A stretch of DNA of 64,000 nucleotides from Cyanobacteria bacterium P01_F01_bin.150 (lineage in GTDB: Bacteria; Cyanobacteriota; Cyanobacteriia; CAKZMO01): assembly GCA_039189765.1 (NCBI GenBank), contig JBCCYL010000018.1, positions 25,537-89,536 of the forward strand, written 5' to 3'. Below the pieces are notes generated by a model. It ran no database searches. It worked only from the letters and a program-made list of their open reading frames with translations, and was not told the origin of the DNA. Positions 41,548 through 50,684 of the stretch are shown piece after piece. A program made the position numbers and the translations under genes. Numbering within the stretch: the stretch's first letter is position 1; every line of letters begins with the position of its first letter.

Positions 41548-42453
41548 TTAGTCTAACGTTGAGCCTGACGTTGATGCCCGTTCAAAACGGGGAATGGCTG
41601 CAATTAATGCTTGGGTGTAAGGATGCTGGGGATGATTAAAAATAGCGTCGGTTGGTCCCGTTTCTACGAGTTTGCCGCGATGCATTACTAGAATGCGATC
41701 GCACAATAGCCTCACCACGTTTAAGTCATGGGAAATAAACAGATAGCTCATGCCAAGCCGCTCCCGTAGATCTGCCAGCAAACGTAGAATCACCGCTTGA
41801 ACGGAGACATCCAAGGCCGACGTGGGTTCATCCAGAATAAGGAGTTTGGGATTGGTGGAGATCGCGCGAGCAATGCCAACCCGAGCATTTTGGCCTCCCG
41901 AGAGCTGATGGGGAAAACGGCTCAGCAGTTCGGGCGATAGCCCCACCTGAGTGGCCAGTTCTGTGGCTCGTTGTTTCAACCACTGTGGGCTACGGCGTTC
42001 TTGTTTAAATCCAAGACGCTTAATTGGTTCCGTGATGGTATTAAAGGCGGTAAATCGAGGATTAAGGCTATCGTTGGGGTCTTGGAAAACCATCTGTAAA
42101 TCTCCCCGCTGGGGACTACGGGCAAAAGCACTAATGGGCACCTGGCTGATATCTACGCCCTCAAATGTAATCTGGCCCGCAGTTGGCTCTAATAATCGGG
42201 CAATCAGACGGGTCAAAGTGGATTTCCCACAGCCGGATTCGCCCACAAGTCCAACGCTTTCCCCTGGTTGGATGCTAAAATCGATGCCATCCACTGCATG
42301 GAAAAACGATTTTTGGGTCTTTTGACCAGGAAGCCACTGTAGGATACTACCTTGCTTGAGAGGAAAGTGTTTTTGAAGACTAGTAACGGTTAGTAGTGAA
42401 TCTTGGGTTTGCTGAGCAGATGCATTGGTTGTTGAAAAGGATGGGGTAGACAT
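41548..42453 (-). CDS. Peptide/nickel-type ABC transporter ATP-binding subunit (DppF/OppF-like)
   Basis: GESGCGKS, LSGGQ, LILDEPT, HPYT. Confidence 0.93.
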   Translation of the reverse strand: MSTPSFSTTNASAQQTQDSLLTVTSLQKHFPLKQGSILQWLPGQKTQKSFFHAVDGIDFSIQPGESVGLVGESGCGKSTLTRLIARLLEPTAGQITFEGVDISQVPISAFARSPQRGDLQMVFQDPNDSLNPRFTAFNTITEPIKRLGFKQERRSPQWLKQRATELATQVGLSPELLSRFPHQLSGGQNARVGIARAISTNPKLLILDEPTSALDVSVQAVILRLLADLRERLGMSYLFISHDLNVVRLLCDRILVMHRGKLVETGPTDAIFNHPQHPYTQALIAAIPRFERASTSGSTLD

Positions 42454-42663
42454 GAGTAATGAAGTGTAATCAGAGTATGGGATGGCTTATTACTTTGCAA
42501 ACGGCCTTATTCCTTACTCAAGCTTTCTAGCGATAAGAATATATTGAGTAAGGGCTTGGACGAATTCATCAAGGGTTTGAGAATTATTTTTGCCCGAGGT
42601 GAAGGTAAGGTGCACGATTTCTTGATCATCTTGAAACTCGACAAATTCCAATCGTCAAAGCAA

Positions 42664-43542
42664 TCATGGGTCTTGAGGATAAGAATTAATTAGCTTCATA
42701 GTGTAGGGATGACTGGGCTGAGCAAATAGGGTATGAGCGGGAGCACTTTCCACCAAATGCCCAGCGTACATCACCAGGATGCGATCGCAATATTGTGATG
42801 CCAAAGCCAAATCATGGGTAATCACTATTGTTGCCATCTGACGCTCGGTGGTCAGGTCTCGAAGCAGATTCATTACGGTGGCTTGGGTGGTAACATCCAG
42901 GCCCGTCGTGGGTTCGTCAGCAATCAGCAGCTTGGGCGTACAGGCGAGGGCGAGGGCAATCATAATCCGCTGGCACTGTCCCCCCGATAGTTCATAGGGA
43001 TAGGCGTGGTAGCGTTGCTGAGGATCAGGAATATTAACGCTGGCAAGCAGTTCAATAGCACGGGTTTTAATGGCCGCACCGGAAAGAGTCGTATGACAGC
43101 GCAGCACATCCGCCAACTGCTGGCCCACCTTACGAATCGGATTAAGCGCTACTCTGGGATTTTGGAAAATCATCGATAGCTCTTTGCCCCGTAGCTGCCG
43201 CAGCCTTTTGTCCGGCATCTGTAATAGGTTGTAAACGCTATTGTCTTGCTCTTGACTCCATAACACCTCTCCGTTGGTGACCTTACCCGCGCGATCGAGA
43301 ATGCCCATAATGGCCATGGCCAAAACGGATTTGCCAGAGCCACTTTCGCCCACAATACCGATGGTTTCCCCCTGGTTAATATGAAAACTAATATGTTCCA
43401 GCGCGGTGACAACACCCGATCGCGTCCGGAATTCCACCGTCAAATCCCGCACGGACAGCAATGATGACAGTTGAGGTTTGGTAAGAGTTGAGAGTTCTTG
43501 AAGGGTTGGAGGGTTTGGGGTGCGATCGCTGTTGGAAACCAT
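42664..43542 (-). CDS. Peptide/nickel-type ABC transporter ATP-binding subunit (DppD/OppD-like); C-terminus possibly truncated
   Basis: [23 protein letters not shown]; ends shortly after HPYT. Confidence 0.9.
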   Translation of the reverse strand: MVSNSDRTPNPPTLQELSTLTKPQLSSLLSVRDLTVEFRTRSGVVTALEHISFHINQGETIGIVGESGSGKSVLAMAIMGILDRAGKVTNGEVLWSQEQDNSVYNLLQMPDKRLRQLRGKELSMIFQNPRVALNPIRKVGQQLADVLRCHTTLSGAAIKTRAIELLASVNIPDPQQRYHAYPYELSGGQCQRIMIALALACTPKLLIADEPTTGLDVTTQATVMNLLRDLTTERQMATIVITHDLALASQYCDRILVMYAGHLVESAPAHTLFAQPSHPYTMKLINSYPQDP

Positions 43543-43629
43543 ATTTCTTTATAAACACCAAACAGACTTGACTGATTGCATTTTACGAGGAGATGACTTG
43601 AGAGGAAGTTCTGTCTGTACAATTTGGCT

Positions 43630-44015
43630 CAACATCCTCATTCGATACCGATTGGAGGTCCCAACCATAGCCTTCACATTTGGAACCTCTTGAAGGGTTG
43701 CAGCATTTAGCAGTGTCGTAAACGCCAGTTGATAAATCTGTGTAATAAACAGGTTGTTTTTTCAGCTTTTTCAAGTCTTTTAAGAAGAGTTTGCGGTCTG
43801 GCTGACTGACAAAAGTCCTGAAACCCTTGATTTTCGGTTCATGACCCTGGCAACTAGAAGTTGCGGCTACACAAACGAAGTCCACCTCCGTGGACTATGT
43901 ACATCAAGGGTTCTGGTAACCCGCGTAGGCGGGTTTTGTTTGTGTAGCCGCAGTTTCCAACTGCCAGGGGGCAAAGTTTTGTCAGTCAATCAGGTTTGCG
44001 GTAGTCTGTTTTCAA
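43630..44015 (-). pseudogene. RelE/ParE-type toxin pseudogene (MITE insertion, frameshift, truncation)
   Basis: Removing the MITE and one TSD copy gives (M)KTDYRKLFLKDLKKLKKQPVY; a +1 shift continues TQIYQLAFTTLLNAATLQEVPNVKAMVGTSNRYRMR; the TTG start overlaps the antitoxin TGA. Confidence 0.78.
43798..43993. mobile_element. 196-bp MITE with 17-bp TIRs and a 9-bp TSD
   Basis: GTTTGCGGT|CTGGCTGACTGACAAAA ... TTTTGTCAGTCAATCAG|GTTTGCGGT. Confidence 0.88.
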
Positions 44016-44269
44016 TCTATGTCCTCTTGCTCCAAAAAGGCGTTTGCCGAAGGCATGGCGGAGCCAAACGCGTCTTTTTTGGACAACACAGGTGAATCAA
44101 TGGCCTCATCCATTGCTTTACTCAAGCAGTAGTCTTCCAGGTTTTCGGGCAAATCCTTCAGGGAGTCGGTGGATTGAGGCAGCAGCTTTCGCCAAAGTTC
44201 AATGGGAATAACGACTGCTTTAGGATTGCCATCGGAGTCAGTGAGATAGTCAATTGCAAGGTTAGACAT
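44012..44269 (-). CDS. Putative antitoxin partner of the RelE-like toxin
   Basis: YLTDSDGNPKAVVIPIELW..LEDYCLSKAMDEA; translationally coupled to the toxin remnant. Confidence 0.7.
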   Translation of the reverse strand: MSNLAIDYLTDSDGNPKAVVIPIELWRKLLPQSTDSLKDLPENLEDYCLSKAMDEAIDSPVLSKKDAFGSAMPSANAFLEQEDID

Positions 44270-44789
44270 GATAATTCCAGTGACGCTTGAGATACTACTG
44301 ACCAGTGTAGTCAAATGGATGAGGATGGGAAAGCGATCGCCATTGTCGTCATAAATCGCCATTGTCGTTACAGAGAATGGTGGGCTACACGTTAGCGATC
44401 GCTCTTCCATTCCTTTGTCTGGGCCTTGTTCTGCCTGTTTGGTGGCGATCGCGTCCATGTGCCTCTCCTTAAACTGGTGTTACTCAACTGTCGTTCATGT
44501 TTCTGGTTAAGCCTAAGGGATGGAGGGTTGCTTTGAGGAGGGCGATCGCTATTCTAATCATCGGCAATAGGCCGATTGCGTTCCTGTCGTCAAGGAATGG
44601 ATGGGGGTCTAAGAAGGCGATCATATAGCCAGGTAGACATGGTAAGCCTTGGATATCGGACTGCCTGGATTCAAAACGGTGGCGATGGTCTTGGCGGTCT
44701 GATTATCCGAAATTTTGGCAAAGTGCTTCTACGAACTTCATGAGTAGATACAGTTTCAGTAGGTGGTCTTTGAAGGGTTGAAACACATA

Positions 44790-44886
44790 TCTCTAAGGTG
44801 GCGGCTTTTTGCAAGAGAGATTTGATTTCTGGACTGACTCGCGCTTCACGTCGGGCGGTTGCTTTGAAGGGAGGTGGGGTATCCAT
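44790..44886 (-). pseudogene. DUF1778 (TacA-like) antitoxin N-terminal remnant
   Basis: TARREARVSPEIKSLLQKAATLE, after which similarity is lost. Confidence 0.6.
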
Positions 44887-45152
44887 ATTGCATAGAGCGG
44901 ATGGGACAATAAGCTATCTTCATTTCATCCGACGAATTGCCGTACGCAAATTCAGAGCCGAAATACAAGATGAGCACGCACAGAAGTAGAAAGACAGACT
45001 TATCTTCAATAAAAATACCTGAGCTGATTAGCTATTCTAGAAAAAAGCGTATCGAGAATTGTTAACATTATCAATGCATAATCAAGTTTATTAAACGCTA
45101 GCCATTATCTATATGATTACATTATTGAGAATGTGAGAGTTTTATACTTTGA

Positions 45153-47876
45153 TTAGGTAAAATCATTTTTTCCCGAAAGTAGAAACTCAAGAATATCGAT
45201 GTTTCTATACTCACAAGTCTGTAAAACGCTCAGCATTATTAGAAATTCTCGAATAGATTTCTCAGTAGGTCGCCCATCAGCAAATCTTCTATATTTAGCA
45301 AAGCTCTTTATGGCATGCTCGGCATTATTATTATTCCAGGGGACACCGTCATAATCCAGAAAAGTAAACAGTTTATTTTTATATTTATTGATTCGTTTCT
45401 GGTATTTTTTAGCTATTATAGACGAGAATTTTTTGCTCATAACGTAATCAATAAACTTATCCTTTAAGTCTTTGTGTTTGTTTAAATTTCTTTGTTTCAA
45501 TCCATACTTATCAATTGTTTGAACGATGTCACGTAGTAAAGGAGCGAACTTTTGAGTGAGATTCTTAAGTTCCTCGTCAAACGGATTACTTAGCAGATCT
45601 TCATTCATATCTCTAATTAAGTGTATGAGACATTTTTGTTGGGGACAGTCAATTGAGTCATAACCAGAAAAGAAATCAGAAATCAAAACACCTTGAAAAT
45701 CTTTAAGCAGCTCTTTCAGAAATTCTGCCTCTCTAGATTCTCGATACATAAAATAAACACTGTCCATACTTGTAAAAACCCACACATACCCCTTTTTGTC
45801 TCTCAAATTAATTTCCGTCTCGTCGATATGGAGAATTGGGCCCTTAATAATATTGCTTAAAATTTTTTCTGTTAGTGATTGAAAACGATTGGCAGTATAC
45901 GATTTAAATCGATAGATAGCTGGTCTTGAAATATTTAGGTTGAAGACATCAACTAAAGCTCGCCGGACCTTAAGCATGTTTTGACCAGCAACAATATTGT
46001 GATATACGCACCAAGCTCTTAATCCATTGCCATGCCTCTCTCTATGGTCTGGAACACCATCTGGGATAAATTTTGCATGGCATTTCATACATTGATAGTG
46101 CCATGACACGTAATCCGTAATCCATTTTTTCACCCCTCCGTTAAAAAACTTCAGGTCAATCAAGCGCCTTTGCACCTCTTTTTGTTGTGAAATTTTTCTA
46201 CTTTGGCATATTTTACATACCTTAGCATTTATTTTAATTAATTTATTTGCTTTTAGTTTTTTCTTCTTAGTGTTGCTAATATTTTTCTTTAATTGCTTGT
46301 TAGTTCTTATGAAAACCTTGTCTCTTTGATAATCAAAGTATGCATATTTATTAATAAGATTAAAGTTTGAAAAAATACACTTTTTTTTGCCAAAAACATG
46401 TTTCTTCCCAGTAGGAGACTTCATTTCATTTGTATGAATAAAGTCTTCCCTGGAATTGTCATTAGATAGATTTTCATCTTTAAATATTATTGATTCAATA
46501 AAACTACTTACTTTTTTTAAGGCTAAGCAATCATCATAATTATATTGAATCAATTGTTCTTTAAATTCATAATTTTGAGTGCTTTCCCAATCCTCTCGCC
46601 ATACTATACTTTGGAGACCATTGGCTTTACTATTTCTCCACTCAAATCTCAAGAACTTAGCAATTTCCTTCAGACTGTTAGACCAGGTTGGGAAATAGAT
46701 ATGTTGATGAATAATTGAGAGTAGATTAACTGTCTTTTTTTCAACATCAGTGAGTATTATTTGATATTCATCAGGTAACAGTGATCTCATCCGTCTTAAA
46801 GCTAGTTTGTCATAACTTCCGAAATGAAAAAGTAAATAATTATCATAACAATTCAATTTTTTTAGAAACTTGATGTACACATCTTTTTGTTGTTCTTCAC
46901 TATCGATCCAAAAGGAGTAATGCTGTTGAGTTCCATTTTCCTCAATCAATAAACCAATCAAATAGTCAAAATTTCTGGATGGTAGCCCCTCAACATCAAA
47001 ATACATATAAACTTTTGTGCGAGGTAATTGGGGATTCCCATGAATATATATTTTATTCTCACGCAAAGCTAGTGCTTGGAGAGGATAACTATGGGGAGAA
47101 GAAGATGACTTAGCTCTTTTGGGTTTCCGTCTAGAGCGAAAAGTATATGAAAGTTGGGTAACAGTAAAGATTCCTTTATGATTGTGCCGAGCAATTTCAG
47201 TCTCGCTTATTCCCCGCAATAGGCTAAGATGATCCTTGGCTAGAGCATCTTCTCTGCAATGATTCTTAAATTGACAAATATCACAGTAACGGTTGAGATA
47301 AAGAGATGGCTTACTCTGATCATTAATATACTCAAGTAAAGAGTTCAAAATCTGCGATAATTCTTCAAAATAGGGTGATAGTTTAATCCTAGATCGTTTT
47401 AAATTATTTCCAAATATAATTGTTCCATAATCAGGAATTTTATCCTGAATTTTCCCTAATACAAAGGCTTTATAAGTAAGAGATAATTTACTTTTCTTGT
47501 TAGTTTTAGCTTCTCTATAAAACATAATTGGTTCATAGTAAAATTCTCCAAGTGATGATTTACCAGAAACTCTTTTAACTGCATCAATCTGAGAGTGATA
47601 ATCGTTCTTTGTAATGGAGATATTAAGTATCAAATCTTGACCTGAATATAAATTTGGTGGTTGCAAGACCTCATGTTTTGATTGCGAATTATTTCTTAGA
47701 GTCGCTTTTAGATTTTGCTGTACCTCTAAGCGAAATTTTCTATTCAATTTTGAAACGAGTTGAATATACTCAGTATCCTGACCATCAACATCATTCAAGA
47801 GGAGATATGGCTTATACTTACAAAAAAGGAATGCATCAAATAGTTCATTCGTAATATGAGACTTGGCAACCGTCAT
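45153..47876 (-). CDS. TM0106/RecB-like nuclease + RNase H-like exonuclease + IS66-type Zn-finger and DDE transposase fusion
   Basis: N-terminal C (FCKYK) plus CDICQFKNHC; LSLLRGI HhH; FDVEG/HFGSYD/YNYDDC; CKIC..CMKC; HIDET, ISDFFSGY, QKCLIHLIRD, NNNAEHAIK; GGAGA RBS. Confidence 0.82.
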   Translation of the reverse strand: MTVAKSHITNELFDAFLFCKYKPYLLLNDVDGQDTEYIQLVSKLNRKFRLEVQQNLKATLRNNSQSKHEVLQPPNLYSGQDLILNISITKNDYHSQIDAVKRVSGKSSLGEFYYEPIMFYREAKTNKKSKLSLTYKAFVLGKIQDKIPDYGTIIFGNNLKRSRIKLSPYFEELSQILNSLLEYINDQSKPSLYLNRYCDICQFKNHCREDALAKDHLSLLRGISETEIARHNHKGIFTVTQLSYTFRSRRKPKRAKSSSSPHSYPLQALALRENKIYIHGNPQLPRTKVYMYFDVEGLPSRNFDYLIGLLIEENGTQQHYSFWIDSEEQQKDVYIKFLKKLNCYDNYLLFHFGSYDKLALRRMRSLLPDEYQIILTDVEKKTVNLLSIIHQHIYFPTWSNSLKEIAKFLRFEWRNSKANGLQSIVWREDWESTQNYEFKEQLIQYNYDDCLALKKVSSFIESIIFKDENLSNDNSREDFIHTNEMKSPTGKKHVFGKKKCIFSNFNLINKYAYFDYQRDKVFIRTNKQLKKNISNTKKKKLKANKLIKINAKVCKICQSRKISQQKEVQRRLIDLKFFNGGVKKWITDYVSWHYQCMKCHAKFIPDGVPDHRERHGNGLRAWCVYHNIVAGQNMLKVRRALVDVFNLNISRPAIYRFKSYTANRFQSLTEKILSNIIKGPILHIDETEINLRDKKGYVWVFTSMDSVYFMYRESREAEFLKELLKDFQGVLISDFFSGYDSIDCPQQKCLIHLIRDMNEDLLSNPFDEELKNLTQKFAPLLRDIVQTIDKYGLKQRNLNKHKDLKDKFIDYVMSKKFSSIIAKKYQKRINKYKNKLFTFLDYDGVPWNNNNAEHAIKSFAKYRRFADGRPTEKSIREFLIMLSVLQTCEYRNIDILEFLLSGKNDFT

Positions 47877-48114
47877 GACAATCTCCAGACATAAAAGTAG
47901 ATATCATCAAGGTAACTGATTCAACATATATCATCCTAAATATTTATTGCATAACAAGTAGTCTAATAGTTAGGCTTATATCATTGGCAACGTATTGAGA
48001 ATTTCTGTGCTTTATACCCCTACGAAACTCATCTCTATTTAATTAATAAACCGATAGGTAAGTAGATTAACTATCAATAAACTTTAATATTCGCATCTCC
48101 ATCAGAGACTAACC

Positions 48115-48327
48115 ATGCAACCCATCATTGAACGTGAAACCATCGAACATCTTAGCCCAGTGGCCGCCCGGATGATTTTGGCCGCCCTACCCGATCACAT
48201 TCGAGAATCCTTTGAACGCCGAGCAGCCGATATTGAATATCCTGTAGAGGCCGTATTGGAGATGGCCCTCGCTGGCTTTCTGGACAGTGAATCTCTAAGT
48301 TTTTCGGATTGTAATCCCAGATATTGA
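48115..48327 (+). CDS. Small hypothetical protein
   Basis: 70-aa ORF with ATG start and a plausible helical sequence. Confidence 0.6.
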   Translation: MQPIIERETIEHLSPVAARMILAALPDHIRESFERRAADIEYPVEAVLEMALAGFLDSESLSFSDCNPRY

Positions 48328-48462
48328 GATGCTTATGGAAAATGAGTGATTTCGATAATGGGGTGCGATCGCCCCTTCCCCTCCCTACCTATCCTCACTG
48401 AGGTAACCTATAGGCTACGATAAGTCTGATCCTAAAGTAACGTTCAGGCATAAGTCGGCTCA

Positions 48463-48927
48463 ATGGCAAAACTTTACTACCGGGGCATGGTTGCCAAGGA
48501 TGGTAAGCCTAAATTAGGACATAGCGCTCGCCTTCTGGGAATTAGACCCGGTATTGATATCGACGTGACCCATCTGCCTCAAGGGTGGCTAGATGAAAAG
48601 GGTTGCTTACGCCCAGAGTCGGAGAGGGTCGATTCGGACCAACCAGTAGAAGTAGCTATCCGAAATACAAAAGGAATGTCTACATCATTATCAATCGAAG
48701 GGTTACCGCCTTTTCGTAAACCTGCTGCCTTTGGCGGAATAGGCAAAGATCCTCTGTGGCAAATTGAAAGCGAGTATATTACGGGCGATTTAGACGCTGT
48801 TCAAGATAGCGCCACCCACGTCAGCATTATGCCAAAGGTTACAATGCGTCTAGAAAGGTATGAGGCAGCATTAGCAAAAACTCAAGACTATTGGCAAAAG
48901 GTGATTGAAGATGGCGTGGGTATTTAG
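48463..48927 (+). CDS. Putative Tse2-like ADP-ribosyltransferase-fold toxin
   Basis: LYYRGM, GMSTS, FGGIGKDPLWQI, HVSIMP..M.LERYEAALA pattern. Confidence 0.55.
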   Translation: MAKLYYRGMVAKDGKPKLGHSARLLGIRPGIDIDVTHLPQGWLDEKGCLRPESERVDSDQPVEVAIRNTKGMSTSLSIEGLPPFRKPAAFGGIGKDPLWQIESEYITGDLDAVQDSATHVSIMPKVTMRLERYEAALAKTQDYWQKVIEDGVGI

Positions 48928-49435
48928 TCTATCGGTAGAGTGCGGCTCAGACCAAAGCACGGCAGAACAGTTTGCTGGGCATTACGAAGACATTTCTTGG
49001 TCCTTGTCAAATGGCACTCAGTCCAAATGTTTGTCTACTCTTTTTCAAGACATTGATGAACACTGGTGGTGTCGTATCTGTCCTAATGGCATCAGCGAAA
49101 TCGGCATTGAAGCGCCAGAATCTGCTTACTTAATGACAGAGTTAGGCATTTTGCTATATCAACATTTGCAGTCTGCGCCTGCGTTTCGATATGCCCTTGT
49201 CGGCCTTGAAGTTGATGAATTTAGAACATTTGAAGAGTTACTGGACGAGACATCTATCTTTAATATGCCGGGATTAGTTTTATCCAATAACATTTGGCAG
49301 TTAATGGGATCTCCAACCACCTTTAGATCCTTTAGTCCAGACTATGTTTGGCAGCCCTACGAAGGTGAAACCTATAAACCTTTGACCGTATCTCCATTGT
49401 TAAAAGAACAGATGAATCGATTGTTGGCGGCATAA
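48911..49435 (+). CDS. Hypothetical acidic protein, candidate immunity protein
   Basis: Overlaps the 3' end of the putative toxin; FRYALVGLEVDEFR. Confidence 0.55.
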   Translation: MAWVFSLSVECGSDQSTAEQFAGHYEDISWSLSNGTQSKCLSTLFQDIDEHWWCRICPNGISEIGIEAPESAYLMTELGILLYQHLQSAPAFRYALVGLEVDEFRTFEELLDETSIFNMPGLVLSNNIWQLMGSPTTFRSFSPDYVWQPYEGETYKPLTVSPLLKEQMNRLLAA

Positions 49436-49730
49436 GCATAGATGGGAGAATTATTTGAACCGATCAGATCGGCAATCAGATCGGCAAAAATAACTCGTAT
49501 AAACTTCCATAGAGCTTGAACATCCTAGTTTACGGGGAATTTAGCGATCGGCAATGTATGCGAATGAAATAATCGACTTGACGAAACCAACGCTGTCAGA
49601 TGTGACTTCTGTGTTGGAAGATTGCTAATACTCCCAATGGTCCGGTTAAAATCGCTTTTCCCCTTGCGGCTGTGGAACGGATTTTTCCAGCTCTCTATCC
49701 GTCCTAAGGGATCTGCTCGAAAATAAAAGA

Positions 49731-49788
49731 TCGGTGCGTTACGGCTGTCGCCTTTTCTTGAGTGTCCCTTGGGCTATACACACCCTAC
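49731..49788 (-). repeat. GTAG-type REP-like element, extended variant
   Basis: Reverse complement reads GTAGGGTGTGTATAGCCC...AGGCGACAGCCGTAACGCACCGA; compare 22261 and 23808. Confidence 0.6.
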
Positions 49789-49793
49789 GCAAA

Positions 49794-50684
49794 CTATGTT
49801 CTCATCCTTGGATCAATTAAATCCCTTAATCCATCCCCCAGCAGATTAAAGCAAAACACGGCCAGCATCAGTACCGCACCGGGAAAAATCGCCAGCCACC
49901 ATTCCCCCGAAATAATATAGGTTGCCCCCTCCGCTACCATAATCCCCCACTCCGCCGTGGGTGGACGAACACCTAAGCCAATAAACGATAGCCCCGCCGC
50001 ATTGAGAATGGCCCAGCCCATATTCAGGGAAATATGCACCATCATCACGGGCAGCACATTGGGAAACAAATGAAAGGCCATAATCCGCCAGTGGCTATTG
50101 CCCGCCAGCCGAGCCGCCTCTACATAGCCAGCACTGCGCCGCACCAGCACCTCCGATCGCACCACCCGCGTATATAGCGGCAAGTTAATCACCGCCGTGG
50201 CGTAGATAATATTCTCCACCGTATTTCCCAGAGCTGCCACCAATCCCATCGCCAGGATAAACAGGGGAAACGCCATAATCGTATCGATAATCCGGCTAAT
50301 AATATGGTCCCACCATCCCCCCGAATAGCCCGCTATCGTGCCCAATACGCTGCCCAATCCAAAAGACAAAGCCACCGCTATCACCGCAATCCCCAAATCT
50401 AGCCGAGTGGCGACCATGGCACGACTGAGGATATCGCGACCGAGATCGTCAGTGCCAAACCAGTGGGCCAAGGATGGGGGCGAAAGGGCGATCGCCGCAT
50501 TACTGGCAAGGGGATCATAGGGGGCGATCGCCTCACCCAAAATCGCAAACACCACCAACAGGAAAAAGAGTAAAAACGCCCCAAACGTCACCCAATTTTC
50601 ACTAATAACGTAACGGGCTTGGCTCCAAAAGGACCCTGGTCTAGAAGACAGTGGAGCCTGATTCGTCTGATCGGTAAGGGTCAT
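49794..50684 (-). CDS. ABC transporter permease (DppC-like)
   Basis: HWFGTDDLGRDI, YVEAAR, GLSFIGLG..PPTAEWG. Confidence 0.93.
   Translation of the reverse strand: MTLTDQTNQAPLSSRPGSFWSQARYVISENWVTFGAFLLFFLLVVFAILGEAIAPYDPLASNAAIALSPPSLAHWFGTDDLGRDILSRAMVATRLDLGIAVIAVALSFGLGSVLGTIAGYSGGWWDHIISRIIDTIMAFPLFILAMGLVAALGNTVENIIYATAVINLPLYTRVVRSEVLVRRSAGYVEAARLAGNSHWRIMAFHLFPNVLPVMMVHISLNMGWAILNAAGLSFIGLGVRPPTAEWGIMVAEGATYIISGEWWLAIFPGAVLMLAVFCFNLLGDGLRDLIDPRMRT

Noticed and set aside
43583..43885. 100-aa ORF as a real gene
   Set aside because: It is a chimera of MITE sequence and the frameshifted toxin remnant
44990..48110. Canonical IS66 element, or a CRISPR-like array next to the Cas4-like fusion
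   Set aside because: No GTAA/TTAC TIRs, TSD, accessory ORFs or repeat-spacer array found by eye
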